NCBI GenBank assembly: GCA_020722945.1
Contig: DYJV01000007.1
Location: 1 to 54,609, forward strand
Origin: Candidatus Methylomirabilis sp.
Lineage (GTDB): Bacteria > DYJV01
Direction of reading: 5' to 3'
Length of the DNA stretch: 54,609 nt
The position numbers and the translations under genes were made by a program. Positions 1 through 7,364 of this stretch are shown one piece after another (the first letter of the stretch is position 1; each line of letters begins with the position of its first letter). The notes beneath the pieces were generated by a model. It saw only the letters and a program-made list of their open reading frames with translations, had not been told where the DNA came from and searched no databases.

Positions 1-382
1 TGCAATAAATAATACAAGTGGCTCAAGGGTCATCGAATGTGTTTCAGATTTTATGCTTACTTTTGATTACGATAGTGATGGTGATGGCTTGGTTGAAGAT
101 TCTGAAAAAGATATAAATATCCCCTCTTCAGATAATGCTTCTTTGATAAAAAAAAGGGTAAAAGCTGTTAATTTCTACCTTCTCTTTCACGAAGGGAAAG
201 TTGATCCAAATTATACATTTTCAGGTGATATAGATGGAAACTATCTAATATTTAAAGATTTAGATAGTGATGGGAGTTGTGACACAGATGATGTATGTCT
301 TAATTTACCAACAAATTATATTAATTATAGATGGAAAAAATTATATCTAAAGGTGACACCTCGTGGGAGTATAAGTGAATAA
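1..382 (+). CDS. 3' end of a gene truncated by the window start. Acidic secreted or pilus-associated protein with a DxDxDG-like motif; function unknown.
   Basis: Frame 2 is open from nt 2 to the stop at 380-382. The ORF track begins only at the first Met, nt 53. The product contains a DYDSDGDGLVED calcium-site-like motif. The gene ends 8 nt inside the next gene, which is pilin-like. Confidence 0.35.
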   Translation, partial: AINNTSGSRVIECVSDFMLTFDYDSDGDGLVEDSEKDINIPSSDNASLIKKRVKAVNFYLLFHEGKVDPNYTFSGDIDGNYLIFKDLDSDGSCDTDDVCLNLPTNYINYRWKKLYLKVTPRGSISE

Positions 383-818
383 AGATGGCTTTGTTTTACC
401 TACAACTCTTATTTTATCTCTTGTTTCAGTTGGTCTGGTAATGGCCCTATGTTATTTATCGAATTCTGGTTCTTATATCTCATACTCATCCAAAAAATAT
501 ACATCATCATTAGAAGCTGCAAGGGGAGCAGCTGAGTTTGTGATGAAGCAGGCTGAGTGGGACGAAGGTGGAGATATTTTGCAGTGTAGTGGTGGGAGCT
601 GCAATCAAGGAGAGTATGTTGATTTGGGTGATTATTCATCTATTGGTAATAGTAATGTAACTGTTGAGATGCTTTCAGATCCACTTGAGAAAAAGATGTC
701 TTGTGAAGGTGGAGCAGATTGTTTTTTTATGATATACTCATTTAGAATTACGGCTGTTGATAAGGATGATAGCAGTAAAAGGGCAGTTATTGAAGTTGTT
801 TATGAGCTTGAGCAGTAA
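375..818 (+). CDS. PilX-like type IV pilus minor pilin or pseudopilin
   Basis: GTG start. The N-terminus MNKDGFVLPTTLILSLVSVGLVMAL resembles the PilX N-terminal prepilin-type hydrophobic segment. It has the small size and Cys-containing C-terminal globular part typical of minor pilins. Confidence 0.45.
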   Translation: MNKDGFVLPTTLILSLVSVGLVMALCYLSNSGSYISYSSKKYTSSLEAARGAAEFVMKQAEWDEGGDILQCSGGSCNQGEYVDLGDYSSIGNSNVTVEMLSDPLEKKMSCEGGADCFFMIYSFRITAVDKDDSSKRAVIEVVYELEQ

Positions 819-862
819 AAGATTTAATATATTTTTTTTAGGGTTAAAGGTAGGATGTTTTT

Positions 863-1261
863 ATGTTAAAAAAATTTTCAATTTCTACAAGTAGTAGAAT
901 TCAGCTAATTGATATTACAGAAAAAATAGAGGGCTTTATAATAAAATCAAGGGTAAAAGATGGAGTTGCTCTTGTTTATACCCCGCATACAACTTCTGCA
1001 ATCACTATAAATGAAAATGCTGATCCATCTGTCCAATACGATATAAACAATTTTTTGAGTAAACTTATTCCTCATCTTGGTGGTTATACACATTTGGAGG
1101 GTAATTCTGATAGTCATATAAAATCAACTCTTTTTGGTGCATCTGAGCATCTGATAATTTCTGCTGGCAGGCTGCTACTTGGCACATGGCAAGGTGTATA
1201 TTTCTGTGAATTTGATGGTCCAAGAAGTAGAAATTTTTATGTAAAAGTTATTGAAGGTTAA
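863..1261 (+). CDS. yjbQ: YjbQ/UPF0047 family secondary thiamine-phosphate synthase-like protein
   Basis: 132 aa, the family-typical length, with an overall sequence pattern that I recognise as YjbQ. Confidence 0.75.
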   Translation: MLKKFSISTSSRIQLIDITEKIEGFIIKSRVKDGVALVYTPHTTSAITINENADPSVQYDINNFLSKLIPHLGGYTHLEGNSDSHIKSTLFGASEHLIISAGRLLLGTWQGVYFCEFDGPRSRNFYVKVIEG

Positions 1262-1448
1262 AAATATAGTAACTAATTAAGCTGGGTAACTGTTTTATCT
1301 CCTCTCATTTATTTACACATCTATTTTGATTCCATTAATTTATCAATAGCCCTAAAGTAATTTAACTTTCAAAGTTGTAAGTTTATTACTACTCATTTTA
1401 CCTCATTTGTTCCCAAAAATAGTGTCTATAATCTTGATGTATATTAAA

Positions 1449-1472
1449 ATTGTCGAACTTTTCGACAATTTT
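1449..1472. promoter_or_regulatory. Perfect 10-bp inverted repeat AATTGTCGAA-cttt-TTCGACAATT, followed by a partial third half-site TTGTCGAgg. Candidate operator or activator site; alternatively a weak terminator for yjbQ.
   Basis: Read directly from the sequence. It lies about 60-80 bp upstream of the putative -35 of the small-protein operon. Confidence 0.4.
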
Positions 1473-1528
1473 GTCGAGGCTTAATGTCTAAAAATTAATA
1501 ATTACAGATACTTATAGTTGGCATAGCT

Positions 1529-1557
1529 ATTGATATTACAATGTCAGCAGGTATTAA
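1529..1557 (+). promoter_or_regulatory. Sigma70-like promoter: TTGATA, 17 bp spacer, TATTAA
   Basis: Hexamers and spacing read from the sequence. The predicted transcription start falls just before the RBS aaaaggaga of the first small gene. Confidence 0.3.
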
Positions 1558-1583
1558 AATAAAAGTAAAAAGGAGAATTTAAA

Positions 1584-1838
1584 ATGAAGGGTAAAAAAAT
1601 TGTAGTATCAGTATTAGTAGCAGGAATGTTGGTATCAGTGCCACTATTTGCAAAGGGTAAAGGGTATGCAGGTGGTCAGAATAGTGGGATTACACAGCCG
1701 TCAGGACAACAATTGATGCAGGGCAATGGTGATGGAACACAGCCGAGACCTATGGATGGAACAGGTTTTGGAGCGGCAAATGGTGGTGGAAATGGGTTAG
1801 GTTTGCAAGATGGTAGTTGTTTGATTAATGAATTATAA
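1584..1838 (+). CDS. Small secreted Gly/Asn/Gln-rich protein, paralog A (84 aa)
   Basis: Strong RBS aaaaggagaattt-aaa-ATG. Sec-type signal peptide MKGKKIVVSVLVAGMLVSVPLFA. Low-complexity mature region with a single Cys near the C-terminus. Confidence 0.6.
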   Translation: MKGKKIVVSVLVAGMLVSVPLFAKGKGYAGGQNSGITQPSGQQLMQGNGDGTQPRPMDGTGFGAANGGGNGLGLQDGSCLINEL

Positions 1839-1865
1839 AAATAAAAGTAAAAAGGAGAATTTAAA

Positions 1866-2126
1866 ATGAAGGGTAAAAAAATTGTAGTATCAGTATTAGT
1901 AGCAGGAATGTTGGTATCAGTGCCACTATTTGCAAAGGGTAAAGGGTATGCAGGTGGTCAGAATAGTGGGATTACACAGCCGTCAGGACAACAATTGATG
2001 CAGGGCAATGGTGATGGAACACAGCCGAGACCTATGGATGGAACAGGTTTTGGAGCAGCAAATGGTGGTGGGAAGAGATTAGGTTCGCAAAATGGTAGTT
2101 GTCCTCTAACAACTGTAACACAATAA
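1866..2126 (+). CDS. Small secreted Gly/Asn/Gln-rich protein, paralog B (86 aa). Its C-terminal tail has diverged from paralog A.
   Basis: Residues 1-69 are identical to paralog A. The tail is KRLGSQNGSCPLTTVTQ, against NGLGLQDGSCLINEL in paralog A. Confidence 0.6.
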   Translation: MKGKKIVVSVLVAGMLVSVPLFAKGKGYAGGQNSGITQPSGQQLMQGNGDGTQPRPMDGTGFGAANGGGKRLGSQNGSCPLTTVTQ

Positions 2127-2145
2127 TAAAAGGAGGTATTTGAAA

Positions 2146-2580
2146 ATGTCTACTCAACAAAGATTAATTAGTTCCATTTTTATCTTAACATTTTTAATGA
2201 CAGGGTCACTTTTTGCAAAAGGTTTAATGTTTAACCAGCATGAGATTCTTAAAGATTCTAAGCAGGTTGAGTATCAGGGGAATGTAGTTGCGGTTCCCAC
2301 TCCGTATAGTCAGGAGCAGGGGTTAGGGCTCACTCTTTCAACAGAGCAAGGTGGGATTGTTTTTTACGGTTTGGGGCCTATATGGTATTGGGAGAGTAAG
2401 CAGTTAACAAGACCTAAAGTTGGTGATAATATAAAAATTACTGCTTATGAAGTTGAAATTAATGGGAAAATGTATTATGTAGCTAAAAGTTTGATATTGG
2501 CAAATGGTGATTCTTTAGAATTGAGGGATGAAAATGCTTACCCAGTATGGGTTGGAGGTAAAAGTAAAAAATTTAAATAA
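2146..2580 (+). CDS. Secreted hypothetical protein (about 144 aa)
   Basis: RBS aaggagg lies 10 nt upstream of the ATG at 2146; the ORF track starts at an upstream TTG, nt 2140. The signal peptide ends ...SLFAKG, the same signal-peptidase region as the two small paralogs. No family recognised. Confidence 0.5.
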   Translation: MSTQQRLISSIFILTFLMTGSLFAKGLMFNQHEILKDSKQVEYQGNVVAVPTPYSQEQGLGLTLSTEQGGIVFYGLGPIWYWESKQLTRPKVGDNIKITAYEVEINGKMYYVAKSLILANGDSLELRDENAYPVWVGGKSKKFK

Positions 2581-2647
2581 AATTTATACTGGCTCTCTCC
2601 TATTTTAGGATTGAGAGCCAGTAATTTCCATTTTTAAGGGGGTTATT

Positions 2648-3226
2648 TTGAAATTTAGAAGATTTACATCTTTTTTTCTTTTTTTTACCTTTATTGTTAT
2701 GTGTTTTTCAGGGATAGTTCTTTATATTATGCCTCCTGGGAAGATTGCATATTGGATTGATTGGAGATTTATCAATCTGAATAAGACTCACTGGAATGCT
2801 TTGCACACAATTTTTAGCTATATTTTTGTTATTATCTCCTTTTTCCATATAGTTTTTAATTGGAACCCTATCCGTCAATACCTCATTAAAAATAGAAAAG
2901 AACTTTTCTCAAGCATTGCTTTGTCAATTATTATTGCTGCATTTACTATATTGAATGTTTCACCTTTTAAGCAGGTTATGGATTTTAGAGAGTATATCCA
3001 CACTTCATGGGAAAATAAAAAAATTGCACCATCTATTCCACATGGGGAGCTCCTACCACTTGTAAAGCTCTGTAAAATGATAAATGTTGATGTAAAAATA
3101 GCAGCAGAGAGACTAAAAAGTAACGGCATTATATTTTCCGATATGGAAGAGAGAGTTGTTGATATTGCCAAAGTAAATAAAGTCAAACCTGTAAAAATTT
3201 ATTACATCATAAAAAATGGAAAATGA
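2648..3226 (+). CDS. DUF4405-like integral membrane protein, putative heme-b-binding
   Basis: TTG start with RBS aagggggt. Three TM helices. His residues cluster in and near TM2 (THWNALHTIFSYIFVIISFFHIVFNW), as in DUF4405 proteins. A C-terminal soluble extension follows. Confidence 0.5.
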   Translation: MKFRRFTSFFLFFTFIVMCFSGIVLYIMPPGKIAYWIDWRFINLNKTHWNALHTIFSYIFVIISFFHIVFNWNPIRQYLIKNRKELFSSIALSIIIAAFTILNVSPFKQVMDFREYIHTSWENKKIAPSIPHGELLPLVKLCKMINVDVKIAAERLKSNGIIFSDMEERVVDIAKVNKVKPVKIYYIIKNGK

Positions 3227-3603
3227 GAATTTATTTTCTTGCTCTTATCTTAATTATATTTCTCCTTTCTGAGTTAGCTGGAAGAGATTTTATAAAAGCA
3301 AAAATTTTAGAATTTGATGGAGAGAGTAGATACAAACTTATAGATATATTTGATCAAAAAACTTACGATTTGATTTTAGATAAAGGGAGCACCCTAAATC
3401 TTCAAAATGAAAGCATAATTTTTATTAATTCAGATGGCTTGGAGGGTAAAAGTATTATAAGAGAGAGTGATATTATTGATGTTAAAAGTATTAAGGGGTG
3501 CAAAATCCGTGAAAGGATGAAACATATTGATAAAAAGAGAGCCTTTTTTAAAGGGGGTAATCTACTTAATCATGGTGGTTCTGGCACTCACCATAGCAAG
3601 TAG
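3223..3603 (+). CDS. Secreted hypothetical protein with a His-rich C-terminus (126 aa)
   Basis: N-terminal signal peptide MRIYFLALILIIFLLSELAG. C-terminal HGGSGTHHSK. Its 3' end overlaps the next gene by 77 nt. Confidence 0.4.
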   Translation: MRIYFLALILIIFLLSELAGRDFIKAKILEFDGESRYKLIDIFDQKTYDLILDKGSTLNLQNESIIFINSDGLEGKSIIRESDIIDVKSIKGCKIRERMKHIDKKRAFFKGGNLLNHGGSGTHHSK

Positions 3604-4438
3604 ATTGTTTTCTGAAAATTTGTTTGATATTAGAACAGGGTGGGGATATTCAGATAATATTTTGAGAAATAGTGACAGTTTAGGCAGTGGGTTTATCAAT
3701 TTAAATTTTTCAGATTATTTTATATTTGACAATAGTTCTTTTGCACTTATTACAGATAACAACATCAAAGTATTTACAGAAGAATCTTGGAGTAGTAATA
3801 GTAATTTACTTTTTGAGATTGATTATAACTTTGAAAATTCTTTTATTGGATTGGGAGTAAATAAGCTAATTGATAATAATGATAGGCAGAACAGTTTTTA
3901 TTCACTTTTTCTTATTTCTCAATATTCGTATAAAATTTTTGATATATCGTATATTTTATCATTTAAAAATTTTTCTGAAGAGTATGAATATGGCTCATTT
4001 AAAAATTCTATTTCCAAAAATAGACAACCTTTAAAAAAAAGGAGTAAAGAAGTCAATTTTATTGATGTTAATCAAGAGGATTTTAACCATATTCTATCTT
4101 TAGAAGTAAATCTTGATAATGTCAAATTTACACCTTTGATTGAATACAATAAAAGTAATGTTTCACGAGAAACTTACTTCTTGTATGGTCTCTCTTCATC
4201 TTATTCAAAACAGATAGATAGAGTGTTAGTTGACTTTTTGTTGTCTTATAATTCTTACAATTATACCAAAATTGACAGGGATGACAATCTGTTTAAAGTT
4301 GCTATATCTGCTGAGTATATGCTTGGGAAATTACTATCATTGACACTTTCTGATACTTTTGAAAAAAATATATCAGATTTTGATGGTGAGGATTACAACG
4401 CAAATACAATTATGCTCAACATAGGATTGGTTTACTAA
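3527..4438 (+). CDS. Putative outer-membrane beta-barrel protein (303 aa)
   Basis: TTG start with RBS aaagga. The signal peptide is MIKREPFLKGVIYLIMVVLALTIASRLFS. The protein has alternating amphipathic beta-like segments rich in Y/N/S and a C-terminal aromatic residue, ...GLVY. Confidence 0.5.
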   Translation: MIKREPFLKGVIYLIMVVLALTIASRLFSENLFDIRTGWGYSDNILRNSDSLGSGFINLNFSDYFIFDNSSFALITDNNIKVFTEESWSSNSNLLFEIDYNFENSFIGLGVNKLIDNNDRQNSFYSLFLISQYSYKIFDISYILSFKNFSEEYEYGSFKNSISKNRQPLKKRSKEVNFIDVNQEDFNHILSLEVNLDNVKFTPLIEYNKSNVSRETYFLYGLSSSYSKQIDRVLVDFLLSYNSYNYTKIDRDDNLFKVAISAEYMLGKLLSLTLSDTFEKNISDFDGEDYNANTIMLNIGLVY

Positions 4439-5941
4439 GTGTCTCGTAGAAGATTGCTAATATATAATCTCCTATTTCTCTTCATACTTATTTCTATTAT
4501 TATTTTTCATTATCAGAGGCACTATTCTGACCTAAAAAGAAAAATTGTGGTTTTAATTACTAAACAGGCTGAATCTGTTGCCAGAAGGGTAGAAGTTGCT
4601 GCAAACATTGCTTTTGAGTCAACCCAGTTTGTAAATAAAATAATCAGAGACAACCTCATCTCACATGCCAAATTTTTAGACCTTCTCAATTCGATAGAAC
4701 CTTTTACATCTCAGGAACTTGACGAATACACACTTGAGACAAATATCAACCTTATAGCTATCAGAAGTATAGATAAAAAAATTGTATCTTCTAATATGGG
4801 CAAGTTTAAACAAGAGGATATTGAAGCTCTTTTTAATAATTTTGATAGAGCTACTGTTAAGTTTCAAGAAATGGATCAATCGTATCTTCTTTTTTACTCT
4901 GGTCAATACTCTTCTGGTAGTGATATTATCATTGGTTTTGATGGGAGAGAGTATACTCAAAACATTAAAAAGATATCTGTAGAAACTCTCCTTGAAAATA
5001 TAAAGAAAAGGGGTGCAGTAATCGATGCGGTTTTAAAAAATGGAGTGGCAGATGGCGGGGTGAGATTAGTAGAAGATAAATTTTTCGAGGTAAAGGTTCC
5101 TGTAATGGGTGATTCACAGAGGTTTTTGGAGTTACGTATAGATGCTAAAAATGCTTTAAGGATCATAGATAATTTTAGGCATAACCTTATAGTTTTTATC
5201 TCAGTTATTCTATCAAGTGGTCTTTTTGGGATTATTCTAATTTATATACTTCAGAATTTCTATTTATCTAAAATAAAAGTTTATGAAAAGAAACTTTTTG
5301 ATAATGAAAAGGATGCTGCACTTGGAAGGAGTGCTGCTATGGTTGCACATGAGATAAGGAATCCTATAAATGCTGTAAGCATGGGTATTCAGAGGATAAA
5401 GTATGAAACTGACATCTCCAAAATTGATGAGTATAGTCAGCTTATCGAGACTATTGATAATGAACTTAAAAAAATCAATAGTGTTGTGAATAATTTTCTT
5501 GATTTTACAAAACCTGTAAAAGCAGATAAAAAAGATATAAAGATTAGAGAGTTGATTGATAACATTCTCCTTCCATATAGAAATAGCTTATCTGTCGATG
5601 TATCAGTTTTAATTTCTGAAGAGTTAATTATCCCTTGTGATAAAATTCTTGTTGAACATATATTTGGTAATCTTATAAAAAATGTATTTGAGAATGAAAA
5701 GGCAACCTATTTAAAAATTTATTATGAAAAAAATTTTAATCAGAAATTGATTATATTTGAAAATGATGGTATTGAAAAAGATGCTGCTACTGATAATTTT
5801 TTTGAACCTTACTTTACCACTAAGAGTAAGGGAGCAGGTTTGGGACTTGCTATTGTCAAAAAATTTGTAGATGCCCATAATTGGGAGATAAGTATAGATA
5901 ATAGTAGAAAAAACATTATCAAATTTATGATTTCTATTTAA
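4439..5941 (+). CDS. Sensor histidine kinase with a ~220-aa periplasmic sensor domain. No response regulator is adjacent.
   Basis: GTG start. Two TM segments, at roughly aa 8-24 and aa 246-268. H-box AMVAHEIRNPINAV. G2 box KSKGAGLGLAIVKKF. Confidence 0.8.
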   Translation: MSRRRLLIYNLLFLFILISIIIFHYQRHYSDLKRKIVVLITKQAESVARRVEVAANIAFESTQFVNKIIRDNLISHAKFLDLLNSIEPFTSQELDEYTLETNINLIAIRSIDKKIVSSNMGKFKQEDIEALFNNFDRATVKFQEMDQSYLLFYSGQYSSGSDIIIGFDGREYTQNIKKISVETLLENIKKRGAVIDAVLKNGVADGGVRLVEDKFFEVKVPVMGDSQRFLELRIDAKNALRIIDNFRHNLIVFISVILSSGLFGIILIYILQNFYLSKIKVYEKKLFDNEKDAALGRSAAMVAHEIRNPINAVSMGIQRIKYETDISKIDEYSQLIETIDNELKKINSVVNNFLDFTKPVKADKKDIKIRELIDNILLPYRNSLSVDVSVLISEELIIPCDKILVEHIFGNLIKNVFENEKATYLKIYYEKNFNQKLIIFENDGIEKDAATDNFFEPYFTTKSKGAGLGLAIVKKFVDAHNWEISIDNSRKNIIKFMISI

Positions 5942-5958
5942 AGATTGGGAGGCTTTTA

Positions 5959-7251
5959 ATGATACAAAGGTATTCAAGGGAAGTTATGAGAAAAATATGG
6001 AGTGAAGAGAACAAATTTAGAAAATGGCTCGATATTGAAATAGCTGCATGTGAAGCTTGGAGTAATATAGGCGTTATCCCTTCTAAATCTTTAGAGATTA
6101 TCATAAATAAAGCAAATTTTAATATTGATAGGATAAATCAGATAGAATCTGAAGTAAAGCACGATGTTATAGCTTTTCTTACATCTGTAGCTGAATTTGT
6201 GGGAGATGATTCAAGATTCATTCATAAAGGGCTTACTTCTTCAGATGTTCTTGATACTGCGTATAATCTTCTACTAAAAGAAGCTGGTATGATATTACTT
6301 GATGATCTAAAAAACCTTGCAGAAGTTTTGAAAGATAAGGCAGTAAAATACAAAATGACTCCTATGATAGGTCGATCTCATGGGGTCCATGCAGAGCCGA
6401 TTACATTTGGTTTGAAGATGCTGCTTTGGTATGATGAAACTTTAAGAAATATTGAAAGATTAAAAAAAGCTATTGAATCTATAAGTATTGGCAAAATATC
6501 TGGAGCAGTGGGGACATTTGCCAATATCCCACCTGAGGTAGAGGAGTATGTTTGCAAAAAGCTTTCTGTTAAGCCTGCACCTGTATCTACCCAGATAGTG
6601 CAGAGGGATAGACATGCAGAGTATTTCACTACTTTGGCTGTTATTGCATCATCTTTTGAAAAATTTTCTATAGAGATAAGACATCTTCAAAGAACAGAAG
6701 TTCTTGAAGCTGAAGAGTTTTTCTCAAAAGGTCAAAAAGGGTCATCTGCAATGCCCCACAAAAGAAACCCTGTTCTTTCAGAAAATGTTACAGGTCTTGC
6801 AAGATTAGTAAGAAGCTACTCAATTGCTGCAATGGAAAATGTTGCATTGTGGCACGAAAGGGATATAAGCCACTCCTCTGTTGAAAGAGTTATTGGTCCT
6901 GATGCGACTACCAATCTTGATTTTCTTATATGTAGATTTACTAACATCATAAAGAATCTTGTAGTTTATCAAGATAATATGCTTAAAAATATAAATCAGA
7001 CAAAAGGGCTTATCTTCTCTCAAAGGGTAATGTTGTTACTTACTGAAAAAGGTGTAAGTAGAGAGGAAGCTTATAGGATTGTTCAGCGAAATGCTATGAA
7101 AGTCTGGGAGGAGCATTTAGATTTTAAGAGTTTACTCCAAAATGATTCTGAGATAACTAAATTTTTATCTATGGATGAGCTTGATGAATTATTTGACCTA
7201 AATTATCACACAAAAAATATAGAGTATATTTTCAAAAGAGTTCTTGGGTGA
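5959..7251 (+). CDS. purB: Adenylosuccinate lyase
   Basis: 430 aa. MIQRYSREVMRKIWSEENKF... and the fumarate-lyase signature GSSAMPHKRNP. Confidence 0.9.
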   Translation: MIQRYSREVMRKIWSEENKFRKWLDIEIAACEAWSNIGVIPSKSLEIIINKANFNIDRINQIESEVKHDVIAFLTSVAEFVGDDSRFIHKGLTSSDVLDTAYNLLLKEAGMILLDDLKNLAEVLKDKAVKYKMTPMIGRSHGVHAEPITFGLKMLLWYDETLRNIERLKKAIESISIGKISGAVGTFANIPPEVEEYVCKKLSVKPAPVSTQIVQRDRHAEYFTTLAVIASSFEKFSIEIRHLQRTEVLEAEEFFSKGQKGSSAMPHKRNPVLSENVTGLARLVRSYSIAAMENVALWHERDISHSSVERVIGPDATTNLDFLICRFTNIIKNLVVYQDNMLKNINQTKGLIFSQRVMLLLTEKGVSREEAYRIVQRNAMKVWEEHLDFKSLLQNDSEITKFLSMDELDELFDLNYHTKNIEYIFKRVLG

Positions 7252-7364
7252 TTTGAATTTTGAAATTTTTATGTAATACAAATAAGACTTTTAGATTTAT
7301 TTTAGAGTTAGAGATTGTAATAGATTTTCTAATGCCACATCTCTCTCATTACAAAAATTTCTCA

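Larger units (their letters stand above)
1556..2126 (+). repeat. Tandem direct duplication with a 282-bp period. Each unit carries an RBS and a small secreted-protein gene.
   Basis: Unit 1 starts near 1556 and unit 2 near 1838. The first ~230 nt of the two ORFs differ by a single synonymous change (gcg/gca). The last ~50 nt are heavily diverged. Confidence 0.85.

Noticed and set aside
409-639. 76-aa minus-strand ORF inside the pilX-like gene
   Set aside because: It is entirely antisense to a better-supported ORF. It has no RBS and its composition is low-complexity. Likely spurious.
1556-2126. Considered calling the tandem small proteins double-glycine-leader bacteriocin or RiPP precursors outright
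   Set aside because: The N-termini look like Sec signal peptides rather than GG leaders. The conserved region, 69 aa, is much longer than a typical GG leader. No peptidase-domain ABC transporter or modifying enzymes are in the window. I kept this as a hypothesis in the findings and did not make it a feature call.
2875-3186. 103-aa minus-strand ORF antisense to the DUF4405 gene
   Set aside because: It lies fully within a stronger plus-strand gene and has no start context. It is a typical AT-rich shadow ORF.
4676-5166. Several 66-94-aa ORFs (both strands) overlapping the sensor kinase gene
   Set aside because: All are embedded in the 500-aa kinase ORF, which has clear H-box and ATPase motifs. 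They are shadow ORFs.
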